Source of the DNA: Candidatus Auribacterota bacterium
GTDB lineage: Bacteria; Auribacterota; UBA6266
DNA length: 16,786 bases
Assembly (NCBI GenBank): GCA_023136205.1
Contig: JAGLRQ010000039.1
Span: 1 to 16,786 of the forward strand
Direction of reading: 5' to 3'
This document shows, piece by piece, positions 1 through 8,185 of this stretch. A program made the position numbers and the translations under genes. Position 1 is the first letter of the stretch; every line of letters begins with the position of its first letter. The notes under the pieces were generated by a model. The model was not told the origin of the DNA. It saw only the letters and a program-made list of their open reading frames with translations, and did not search any database.

Positions 1-474
1 GCCGGGCTTATAGGAAATGTTGTTGCCATGTTAACGGTTATGAAAGGCCTCCCGATGACATATAACCGTGACATGCAGGAGGATAAAAAACTTCTTTTTG
101 ATTCTGTCGATACGGTTACTCAAATGCTTGAAATTACGGCAGAATTTGTAAATGGCATAACTTTAAATAAAAAGGTTATAAATAATTTGGTAAATAAAGA
201 TTTGGGGCTTTTTGCGACAGATATTGCGGAATATCTGGTTAAGAAAGGCCTTCCATTCAGGGATGCTCATCATGTGGTGGGCGAAATAATGGCCTCAAAC
301 ATTGCGAAGAAAAAACCGGAGGAGGTTAATTTAAAGGCTCTTAAGGTTTTTTCGAGTAAATTCAGCTCCGATGTTATTAAAATTTTAAATGCTGAAAATT
401 CTGTTAAGTTGAAGAAATCTTCAGGGAGCCCTGCTCCGTCTAAAGTAAAAGAAGAACTGAAGAAGTGGATTTAA
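1..474 (+). CDS. argH: argininosuccinate lyase, C-terminal fragment (5' end outside window)
   Basis: Frame 1 is open from base 1 (AGLIGNVVAMLTVMKGLPMTYNRDMQEDK...). The KGLP-x-x-YN-x-D-x-QEDK block is typical of the C-terminal half of argininosuccinate lyase. Stop codon TAA at 472-474. Confidence 0.85.
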   Translation, partial: AGLIGNVVAMLTVMKGLPMTYNRDMQEDKKLLFDSVDTVTQMLEITAEFVNGITLNKKVINNLVNKDLGLFATDIAEYLVKKGLPFRDAHHVVGEIMASNIAKKKPEEVNLKALKVFSSKFSSDVIKILNAENSVKLKKSSGSPAPSKVKEELKKWI

Positions 475-519
475 AAAGCGGCGAATCGTGAATCGTATAT
501 AGTCAATAAAGGACACAAG

Positions 520-1767
520 ATGGAGTCTTTCGAATACCGAAGCGGTGAATTATTTTGTGAGGAAGTAAAGGTAAGCGAATTAATTAAAAAATTCGCGACG
601 CCTCTGTATGTTTACAGCAAGAAGTCTTTTATTGAAAAATTTAACTCCCTTAAAATAGCGTTTTCGGCGATTGATCATTTGATCTGTTATTCCATAAAAT
701 CGTGTTCGAATTTGGCAATATTGAGGATTTTAAAAGATATGGGAAGCGGGTTTGATGTGGTATCCGGAGGAGAGCTTTTCAGGGCTGAAGAGATTGGTTC
801 TGATATGTCCCGGATTGTATTTGCCGGGGTAGGTAAGACAGAAGACGAGATAGAATATGGCCTTGAGCAGGAAATATTGATGTTTAATGTCGAATCGAAA
901 CAGGAGCTTGAGAGGATAAATAAAATTGCCGGAACTATGGGAATTAAGGGCTCCGTGGCCATAAGGATTAATCCCGATGTTGATCCCAAAACCCATAAAT
1001 ATATAACTACCGGAAAAAGTGAAAATAAGTTTGGCGTGGATATTAAGGAGGGTTTGAATCTCTATAAATATGCTTCAACTTTGAAAAACATTGAGATAAA
1101 AGGAATCCAGATGCATATAGGATCCCAGATTACAGATACGTTTCCTTATGTCAACGCTATAAGAAAAATAAAGCCGTTGATTAATGATATAAAATCCGCG
1201 GGTATCAAGCTTGAGAATATTGATATTGGCGGCGGGTTGGGAATTAATTATAAAGAGGAAGTGACATTTGACGCGAAAACATTTGCTGACGCGGTTTTGC
1301 CGGAACTGGAAGGGTTAGGGCTTAAATTAATAATCGAACCGGGCAGATTTATCGCGGGAAACAGCGGTATTTTGCTAACCCGGGTTCAGTATGTTAAAAA
1401 ATCGCCGGTAAAGAATTTTGTGATTATCGATGCGGGTATGAATGATTTGTTGAGGCCGAGCCTTTATGGAGCTTATCACTCTATAATGCCGGTTATAGAG
1501 AAGGAAGAAAAGGAAAAAACTGTTTGTGATATTGTGGGCCCGGTTTGTGAATCAGGGGATTTTTTCGCGAAGGATAGGGAAATCGAAAAGCTCAAACAGG
1601 GAGATTGTCTTGCCGTATTCAGTGCTGGAGCCTATGGTTTTGTCATGAGCAGCAATTATAATTCCAGGCCTCACCCCGCGGAAATACTTATTGATGGCAG
1701 CTCGGTGCATCTCATAAGAAAAAGAGAAGAGTATGTCGATCTTATTAGATTAGAGGATGTAAATTGA
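520..1767 (+). CDS. lysA: diaminopimelate decarboxylase
   Basis: 415 aa with motifs TPLYVYS, a PLP-lysine context (YSIKSCSN), GGGLGI and GPVCESGDFF, all typical of LysA. Sits in a dap gene context. Confidence 0.93.
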   Translation: MESFEYRSGELFCEEVKVSELIKKFATPLYVYSKKSFIEKFNSLKIAFSAIDHLICYSIKSCSNLAILRILKDMGSGFDVVSGGELFRAEEIGSDMSRIVFAGVGKTEDEIEYGLEQEILMFNVESKQELERINKIAGTMGIKGSVAIRINPDVDPKTHKYITTGKSENKFGVDIKEGLNLYKYASTLKNIEIKGIQMHIGSQITDTFPYVNAIRKIKPLINDIKSAGIKLENIDIGGGLGINYKEEVTFDAKTFADAVLPELEGLGLKLIIEPGRFIAGNSGILLTRVQYVKKSPVKNFVIIDAGMNDLLRPSLYGAYHSIMPVIEKEEKEKTVCDIVGPVCESGDFFAKDREIEKLKQGDCLAVFSAGAYGFVMSSNYNSRPHPAEILIDGSSVHLIRKREEYVDLIRLEDVN

Positions 1768-2573
1768 AAACGAGACTGCAATTTACAAAAATAGAAGGCG
1801 CCGGAAATGATTTTGTAGTTATAGATGACAGGGATGGTGTGTTTCCCGTTCCTGAATCTAATATGGCCCTTGAATTATGTGCCAGAAAAAAATCTGTTGG
1901 TGCCGACGGGGTTATCCTTCTTCAAAAATCAAATTCTGCTGATTTTAAAATGAGGATTTTTAATCCCGATGGAGGGGAACCGGAAATGTGCGGTAATGGA
2001 GCACGGTGCATTGCCAGGTTTGCCTATGTCAACAGGATAGCGCCTGAGAAAATGAAAATTGAAACCGGGGCCGGTGTTCTTGAAGCTAATATACTCGGTG
2101 AAAATGTCAGGGTTCTGATGAGCAATCCTTCTGATTTTAGAAAAGATATTAACGTATCTTTGCCTGAAAGAACCTTGACTGTTGATTTTATTAATACGGG
2201 AGTTCCTCATGTAGTAATTTTTGTTGATGATATTGAAAAAACGGATGTTGCATCAATTGGTAAAGCTATAAGATATGCTTCCGAATTTAGCCCCGCGGGT
2301 ACTAATGTAAATTTTGTTTGTGTAACAGGCAAAAAAGAAATAAAAGTAAGGACATATGAAAGAGGGGTTGAGGCGGAAACACTTGCCTGTGGTACCGGTA
2401 TGGTAGCGTCATGTATCCTTGCGAGCGAGCTGAAAGGGGTTGTTTCTCCCGTGAAAGCTGTTGCCGGAAGCGGAGATGAAATAACTGTTGAATACGGTAA
2501 AGAGAGCGGCTCTTTTGAAAAAGTATACATGACAGGCCCCGCGCGGATTATATATACCGGTAAATTATTTTAA
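1764..2573 (+). CDS. dapF: diaminopimelate epimerase
   Basis: TTG start overlaps the lysA stop by 4 nt (TTGA). N-terminal GAGNDFVVID and two catalytic-Cys motifs (MCGNGARC, LACGTG). Confidence 0.93.
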   Translation: MKTRLQFTKIEGAGNDFVVIDDRDGVFPVPESNMALELCARKKSVGADGVILLQKSNSADFKMRIFNPDGGEPEMCGNGARCIARFAYVNRIAPEKMKIETGAGVLEANILGENVRVLMSNPSDFRKDINVSLPERTLTVDFINTGVPHVVIFVDDIEKTDVASIGKAIRYASEFSPAGTNVNFVCVTGKKEIKVRTYERGVEAETLACGTGMVASCILASELKGVVSPVKAVAGSGDEITVEYGKESGSFEKVYMTGPARIIYTGKLF

Positions 2574-2656
2574 AGACCGTATACTAAATACTACATAGTG
2601 CGGAACGCAGTGTAGCCTCCCCAGAGGGGACTACATACTAAAACACGGAGGTACAT

Positions 2657-3523
2657 ATGTTTGCAGGTTCTCTTGTAGCAATTGTTACCCCATTTAAAGA
2701 TGGGGAGGTGGATGAAGATTGTTTGAGAAGCCTGGTTCGAATGCATATCGAAGAAGGCACATCGGGTATAGTTCCCTGTGGGACAACCGGTGAATCTCCA
2801 ACACTCAACCCCGAAGAGCATAAAAAGGTTATTGAAATAGTTATAGATGAGGTAAAGAAGAAAGTGCCGGTAATCGCCGGAACAGGATCAAATAATACGG
2901 CAGAGGCAATAGAATATACCAGACATGCTTATGAAGCCGGTGCTGATGGCGCGCTTGTGATTACCCCTTACTATAACAAACCCACGCAGGAAGGATTATA
3001 CAGCCACTTCAAAGCAATTGCCGGAGAAGTTTCTATTCCGATAGTAATTTATAATGTTCCCGGCAGAACTGGAATTTCCATTGAGCCTGAAACCGTAGCG
3101 AGATTGTCGGAATTGAGCAATATAGTGGCGATAAAAGAAGCCAGTGGTAAAATGGATCAGGTTACTAAAATAATATCTCTGTGTGGAATAACTGTATTAT
3201 CCGGTGATGATTCAATGACAATGCCCATAATGGCTGTTGGCGGAACCGGTGTAATTTCTGTTGTGGCTAATATAGTTCCTTCTGATGTACGTGCTTTAAC
3301 GGCGGCAATGGAAGAAGGTAATTGTGAACGTGCTAGGGAGCTGCATTATAAGCTTTTTAACCTGTGTAAAGTTATGTTTATTGAGACAAATCCGATTCCG
3401 ATTAAAACAGCAATGGCTATGAAGGGGTTGATTAAAGAGGAATTCAGACTGCCGTTGGTAAGCCCTTCCGAAAAATCCAGGGCTATAATAAAAGCTCAGA
3501 TTGAAGAATACGGAATACTTTAA
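2657..3523 (+). CDS. dapA: 4-hydroxy-tetrahydrodipicolinate synthase
   Basis: GGAGG Shine-Dalgarno at 2647-2651. Motifs GTTGESPTL, YNVPGRTG and the Schiff-base lysine context AIKEASG. Confidence 0.95.
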   Translation: MFAGSLVAIVTPFKDGEVDEDCLRSLVRMHIEEGTSGIVPCGTTGESPTLNPEEHKKVIEIVIDEVKKKVPVIAGTGSNNTAEAIEYTRHAYEAGADGALVITPYYNKPTQEGLYSHFKAIAGEVSIPIVIYNVPGRTGISIEPETVARLSELSNIVAIKEASGKMDQVTKIISLCGITVLSGDDSMTMPIMAVGGTGVISVVANIVPSDVRALTAAMEEGNCERARELHYKLFNLCKVMFIETNPIPIKTAMAMKGLIKEEFRLPLVSPSEKSRAIIKAQIEEYGIL

Positions 3524-3546
3524 AGTAGTAAATGGGAGTGGATTAT

Positions 3547-4353
3547 ATGATCAATATAGCTGTAAGCGGAGCCGCGGGAAGAATGGGAAAAAGAATCATA
3601 AATGTAATTCTTTCCCATACAGAAACGAAACTTGTTGGAGCCTGTGAAGCAAAAGGCCATGGCATGGTTGGCAGGGATGCGGGGGAAGTCGCGGGAGCTG
3701 GGCCCGCGGAAATAAAAATTGTGGATTCAATTAGTGAGATTTTGGAAAATGCCGATGTTCTCATAGATTTTTCCGCGAAAGAAGCTTCAATGAACAATAT
3801 TCAGGAGGCCTCCGAAAATAAGGTAGCTGTTGTAGTCGGGACAACCGGCCTTGCCGATGATGATCTTGAAAAACTTTCAATTTATGCTAAGGTAATTCCT
3901 CTTCTTATATCTTCAAATATGAGTGTTGGTATAAATCTTCTGCTCCAGTTTGTTGGAAAAGTAGGAGTTTTGCTCGGAAAGGAATATGATATCGAAATAA
4001 TAGAAACACATCATAAATTCAAAAAAGATGCGCCTTCAGGAACAGCCAAATCTCTTGCTGATACGATTAAAGATTCTTTAAGGGAAGAAAGTAATAGAAA
4101 AACCAATTTTGTTTATGGCCGGGAAGGAATGGTTGGTGAAAAACCTGAAAATGAAATTGGGGTTCACGCCGTTAGAACAGGTGATGTGATAGGAGAGCAT
4201 ACGGTGGTTTACTCAGGCGCCGGTGAAAGAATAGAGATTACTCATAAAGCGCACACAAGGGACACTTTTGCCAGAGGAGCTGTTCGGGCAGCCATATGGA
4301 TTAAGGATAAACCGGCAGGAGCTTATACGATGAAAGATGTACTTTTTGGCTGA
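3547..4353 (+). CDS. dapB: 4-hydroxy-tetrahydrodipicolinate reductase
   Basis: GAAGRMG dinucleotide-binding motif and EIIETHHKFKKDAPSGTA signature. I prefer the ATG at 3547 (MINIAVSGAAGRMG, GGGAG about 8 nt upstream) over the ORF-track start at 3532. Confidence 0.92.
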   Translation: MINIAVSGAAGRMGKRIINVILSHTETKLVGACEAKGHGMVGRDAGEVAGAGPAEIKIVDSISEILENADVLIDFSAKEASMNNIQEASENKVAVVVGTTGLADDDLEKLSIYAKVIPLLISSNMSVGINLLLQFVGKVGVLLGKEYDIEIIETHHKFKKDAPSGTAKSLADTIKDSLREESNRKTNFVYGREGMVGEKPENEIGVHAVRTGDVIGEHTVVYSGAGERIEITHKAHTRDTFARGAVRAAIWIKDKPAGAYTMKDVLFG

Positions 4354-4374
4354 TTACTAAGTAAGGAGAATAAA

Positions 4375-5547
4375 ATGCCGATAGAAATAAAATTATCAGA
4401 AAGATTGAAAAAACTGCCGCCATATTTATTCGCGGAAATAGATAAGACGAAAAGGAGCCTGCAGAGTGAAGGAAAAGATGTAATTGATCTTGGCGTCGGA
4501 GATCCGGACATGCCGACCCCCGGGCACATAATTGAAAAACTTTATAAGGCAGTTCAGGATCCCCAAAACCATAAGTATGCTCTTGACGCGGGGATGCCTG
4601 AGTTCCGTGAAGCTATCGCGGCCTGGTATAAAAAAAGGTTTAATGTAAAGCTCGATCCCCAAAAAGAAATTTTGCCTTTAATCGGTTCAAAAGAAGGAAT
4701 TGCCCATATTCCTCTTGCTCTTATAAATCCGGGGGATGTGGTTCTTATCCCGGAACCGGGATACCCCGTTTATTATTCCGCGACAGTGTTTGCCGGCGGC
4801 GACCCTTATTTTATGCCTCTTCTTGAAAAAAATAATTACCTTCCTGATCTTCATGCTATTGATTCCCAGGAACTCGCGAAAGCGAAAATGATGTATCTCA
4901 ATTATCCTAATAATCCGACTTCCGCGACGTGCGATTTAGGCTTTTTTAAAAAGGTGGTGCAATTTGCCGAGAATAATAACATTATGGTTTGCCATGATGC
5001 CGCTTATACGGAGATTTTTTTTGATGGAAAAAAACAGCCAAGTTTTCTCCAGGCGGATAAAGCCAAAAGTGTAGGCATTGAATTTCATTCCCTTTCAAAG
5101 ACATTTTGTATGACTGGCTGGCGGGTCGGTTTTGCTGTGGGGAATGCTGATATGATTACCGGGCTTTCCAAAGTGAAAGCCAATATTGATTCTGGTATAT
5201 TTCAGGCTATTCAGATTGCCGGTATAGAAGCTCTTGAAATGGGAGAAGCAGACACGAAGAGATTTAACAGGATATACCAGGAAAGGCGGGATATTTTTGC
5301 CGAAGGTTTGAATAAAATGGGGTGGAGTGTAAAAAAGCCTGAAGCTGCTTTCTATATATGGCTTAGGGTTCCGCCTGGTTATACGTCGTCAGAACTTGTA
5401 ATGCTTCTGCTAAAAAAATGTAATATAGTTTGCACTCCCGGAAACGGATTTGGCGAAGATGGAGAAGGTTATGTGAGGTTTGCTCTTACAAAAGATAAGG
5501 AACAAATAATTAAAGCTCTTGAGAGAATAGAGAAGTTGCATGAGTAG
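4375..5547 (+). CDS. dapL: LL-diaminopimelate aminotransferase (DapL-type class I aminotransferase)
   Basis: 390 aa with N-terminal LPPYLFAEID...DLGVGDPD and the PLP-lysine motif SLSKTFCMTGWRVG. Lies between dapB and the rest of the cluster, and no dapD/dapE is present in the block. Family membership is clear; the DapL specificity is inferred from context. Confidence 0.78.
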   Translation: MPIEIKLSERLKKLPPYLFAEIDKTKRSLQSEGKDVIDLGVGDPDMPTPGHIIEKLYKAVQDPQNHKYALDAGMPEFREAIAAWYKKRFNVKLDPQKEILPLIGSKEGIAHIPLALINPGDVVLIPEPGYPVYYSATVFAGGDPYFMPLLEKNNYLPDLHAIDSQELAKAKMMYLNYPNNPTSATCDLGFFKKVVQFAENNNIMVCHDAAYTEIFFDGKKQPSFLQADKAKSVGIEFHSLSKTFCMTGWRVGFAVGNADMITGLSKVKANIDSGIFQAIQIAGIEALEMGEADTKRFNRIYQERRDIFAEGLNKMGWSVKKPEAAFYIWLRVPPGYTSSELVMLLLKKCNIVCTPGNGFGEDGEGYVRFALTKDKEQIIKALERIEKLHE

Positions 5548-6031
5548 TGAAGTTTATATCGGGATAGGCTCAAATTTAGGCAGCAGATTTGAAAATATTG
5601 ATAGTGCGGTAAGTTTTTTAAAGAAAGAAAGAGGAATAGAATCAGTTTTTCAAGCATCTTTTTATGAATCGGCCCCTGTTGATATTTCTTCTAAGAATTT
5701 TTTTTTAAACACTGCTGTAAAAATTAAGACTGAGTTGAGCCCCTTTGAGCTCCTTGAAAGACTAAAACATATTGAAAAAGTTCTTGGGAGGAAGCAAACA
5801 AAATCCGGAGACAGGATTATAGACCTGGATATACTTCTTTATAAAGATGAAGTTGTAGATGGCCCGGTTTTAAAAATACCTCATCCGAAGTTTCATGAAA
5901 GGCTTTTTGTATTGGTTCCGTTAACGGAAATAAGCGGTGATATTAAACACCCTTTGCGTGGAGAAAAGCTTAGTTGTTTTATCGAAAGTTTAAAAGATTC
6001 AAAGCAATTTGTTAAGAGAGTGGAGCGATGA
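5540..6031 (+). CDS. folK: 2-amino-4-hydroxy-6-hydroxymethyldihydropteridine diphosphokinase (HPPK)
   Basis: Motifs IGIGSNLG, RIIDLDILLY and IPHPKFHERLFVLVPL. Overlaps the dapL stop. Confidence 0.9.
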   Translation: MSSEVYIGIGSNLGSRFENIDSAVSFLKKERGIESVFQASFYESAPVDISSKNFFLNTAVKIKTELSPFELLERLKHIEKVLGRKQTKSGDRIIDLDILLYKDEVVDGPVLKIPHPKFHERLFVLVPLTEISGDIKHPLRGEKLSCFIESLKDSKQFVKRVER

Positions 6032-6828
6032 AAGATAAATTAACCCCGGAAAACATAAAAAAACTTAAACACGGCAAAAGAAAGATTGTCGCGATAACCG
6101 CCTATGACTGGGCTACCGCGGCCCTTAGTGAAGAAGCTTCCCCTGAAATTGTGCTTGTAGGTGATTCTTTGTCAATGGTTGCCCTGGGATATGAGAATAC
6201 ACTGCCTGTAACAATGGATGAGATGATACATCACACAAAGGCGGTCGTCCGCGCCGGCCTCAAGTCTCTTATTGTCGCGGATATGCCTTTCATGTCATGT
6301 GGTGTTTCTGTTGAAGATACCGTATTTAACGCGGGCAAATTTATTAAAAAAGCCGGGGCCGGAGCCGTAAAAATTGAATGGAGAAAGAACATAGTTTCTA
6401 CCGTCAGAGAACTTGTCGGCCACGGCATTCCTGTTATGGGGCATATCGGGCTTACACCCCAGGATATTCTGGTTATGGGCGGTTACAAAGTTCAGGGCAA
6501 AACGCCTGAAAAGGTAGAAAAACTTCTGGATAACGCGAAAGAATTAGAAGATGCCGGGGTTTTTTCTATTGTTGTGGAATGTGTCCCAACCTCCGTAGGA
6601 AAAAAGATTACCGAATCGGTTAATGTCCCTACTATAGGTATAGGCGCGGGGCCTTACTGTGACGGACAGATAATGGTGTTCAGCGATATAGCAGGGCTTT
6701 ATGACAAGAAAAAACCTAAATTTGTAAAGGTATATGCTGAAGCCGGAAAATTGATAAGAAACGCGTTAGCGTCATACGCGCGGGAGGTTCGGGAAGGCAA
6801 ATTTCCTGATGAGGAACATTCATATTGA
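6028..6828 (+). CDS. panB: 3-methyl-2-oxobutanoate hydroxymethyltransferase
   Basis: ITAYDWATA and VGDSLSMVALGYENTLPVTMDEMIHHTKAV are typical of PanB. 4-nt ATGA overlap with folK. Confidence 0.93.
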   Translation: MKDKLTPENIKKLKHGKRKIVAITAYDWATAALSEEASPEIVLVGDSLSMVALGYENTLPVTMDEMIHHTKAVVRAGLKSLIVADMPFMSCGVSVEDTVFNAGKFIKKAGAGAVKIEWRKNIVSTVRELVGHGIPVMGHIGLTPQDILVMGGYKVQGKTPEKVEKLLDNAKELEDAGVFSIVVECVPTSVGKKITESVNVPTIGIGAGPYCDGQIMVFSDIAGLYDKKKPKFVKVYAEAGKLIRNALASYAREVREGKFPDEEHSY

Positions 6829-6834
6829 AATTTC

Positions 6835-6860
6835 GTATTGAGTATTGAGTATTGTGTATT
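6835..6860. repeat. short tandem heptamer repeat (GTATTGA x about 3.7)
   Basis: GTATTGA GTATTGA GTATTGT GTATT lies directly after the panB stop, followed by ACGCAC-A-ACGCAC at about 6865-6877. Confidence 0.6.
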
Positions 6861-6960
6861 TTTTACGCACAACGCACGACAAAATATGCAACTATAGAAT
6901 GCAATATTCCTATGTTTACCATATGAAAAGGGGTGCAGGGTTGTTGGATAGGGTAAAAGT

Positions 6961-7812
6961 GTGCGTATAATAAAAAAAATTGATGTGATGAGGAAATTTT
7001 CTCTGGCCGAGAAGAAGAAAGGCAGGACAATAGGATTTGTTCCGACCATGGGCTTTCTTCATGCCGGTCATTTAAGCCTTATAAAGAAGGCCGGGAAGAG
7101 AAATGATATTGTAGTAGTAAGTATTTTTGTTAATCCCGCGCAGTTTTTGCCGAACGAAGATTTTAGCGCGTATCCAAAAGACTTTAGAAAGGACGCTTTA
7201 ATCTGCCGGGAGGAAAGCGTTGATGTTCTTTTTTACCCCGGAAGAAAAGATATCTATCCGGCAGGGTTTTCGACTTATGTGGAAGAAACTTCCCTTAGCA
7301 AAAGCCTTTGCGGCGGGTCGCGCCCTGGACATTTTAAGGGGGTAACCACTGTAGTCGCGAAACTGTTTAATATTGTTGTACCGAACACGGTGTATTTTGG
7401 ACAGAAAGATGCCCAGCAGTCATATATAATAAAGAGAATGGTTTCAGATCTTAATATGCCTGTGGAAATAAAGGTTGCGCCGATTGTGAGGGAGCCTGAC
7501 GGCCTTGCATTAAGTTCGAGAAATAAATATCTTACGAAAGGCCAGAGAGCGAAGGCCTGTTTTATATATAAAGCGCTTAAAATTGCGGAAAAGAGGGTTA
7601 AAAAGGGTGAAAGAAGTTCTGCTAAAATTAAGGCGGCTATAAGACACGTTATAGAAGCAAATCTCCGAGGGGAGATAGATTATATTGATATAGTGGATAC
7701 AGAAAACCTGAAACCATTGAAAAAGCTCAAACGTAAAGTTCTTATGGCTGTTGCGGTAAATGTAGGAAAAGCAAGGCTGATTGATAATATTATACTAAAA
7801 CCAGGCAGGTAG
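6961..7812 (+). CDS. panC: pantoate--beta-alanine ligase
   Basis: GTG start. Motifs GFVPTMGFLHAGHLSL and FGQKDAQQ. Confidence 0.93.
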   Translation: MRIIKKIDVMRKFSLAEKKKGRTIGFVPTMGFLHAGHLSLIKKAGKRNDIVVVSIFVNPAQFLPNEDFSAYPKDFRKDALICREESVDVLFYPGRKDIYPAGFSTYVEETSLSKSLCGGSRPGHFKGVTTVVAKLFNIVVPNTVYFGQKDAQQSYIIKRMVSDLNMPVEIKVAPIVREPDGLALSSRNKYLTKGQRAKACFIYKALKIAEKRVKKGERSSAKIKAAIRHVIEANLRGEIDYIDIVDTENLKPLKKLKRKVLMAVAVNVGKARLIDNIILKPGR

Positions 7813-7829
7813 TAAGGAGGTAGTGAATT

Positions 7830-8183
7830 ATGCATAGAATGATGTGTAAATCTAAAATACACAGGGTTACTGTTACAGAGAAAGCTTTATCTTATGAAGG
7901 AAGCATAACAATTGATCCGGAACTTATGGAAGCCGCCAATCTTATAGTATATGAAGTTGTAAAAGTTGCGAACCTTAATAATGGAGCAAGATTTCAGACA
8001 TATGTTATCGAGGGAAAAAGGGGTTCAGGAGAGATTGTCCTTAACGGGGCGGCTTCCCGTCTTGGAGAAACAGGAGACCAGCTTATTATAATGTGCTTCT
8101 GTTCGGTTCCTGAAGAAGATGTGAAAAATTTTAAGCCTGCGTTTATAAAAGTTGATGGTAAAAATAAGATCCTTCAAGGATAG
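7830..8183 (+). CDS. panD: aspartate 1-decarboxylase proenzyme
   Basis: KSKIHRVTVTE...LSYEGSITID carries the Gly-Ser self-processing site. AAGGAGG lies upstream. Confidence 0.93.
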   Translation: MHRMMCKSKIHRVTVTEKALSYEGSITIDPELMEAANLIVYEVVKVANLNNGARFQTYVIEGKRGSGEIVLNGAASRLGETGDQLIIMCFCSVPEEDVKNFKPAFIKVDGKNKILQG

Positions 8184-8185
8184 TT

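Noticed and set aside
687-996. Minus-strand ORFs of 88-100 aa antisense to lysA, and similar antisense or alternate-frame ORFs at 1929-2530, 2591-2821, 3543-3797, 4323-4662, 5469-5657, 6231-6428, 6699-7049, 7680-7862, 8143-8349, 8444-8888 and 9246-9443
   Set aside because: All lie inside or overlap strongly supported housekeeping CDSs. They have low-complexity or proline/serine-rich translations and no ribosome-binding sites. These are shadow ORFs.
2574-2656. Lysine (L-box) riboswitch upstream of dapA
   Set aside because: The spacer is only 83 nt, whereas L-box aptamers need about 170-200 nt with five helices.
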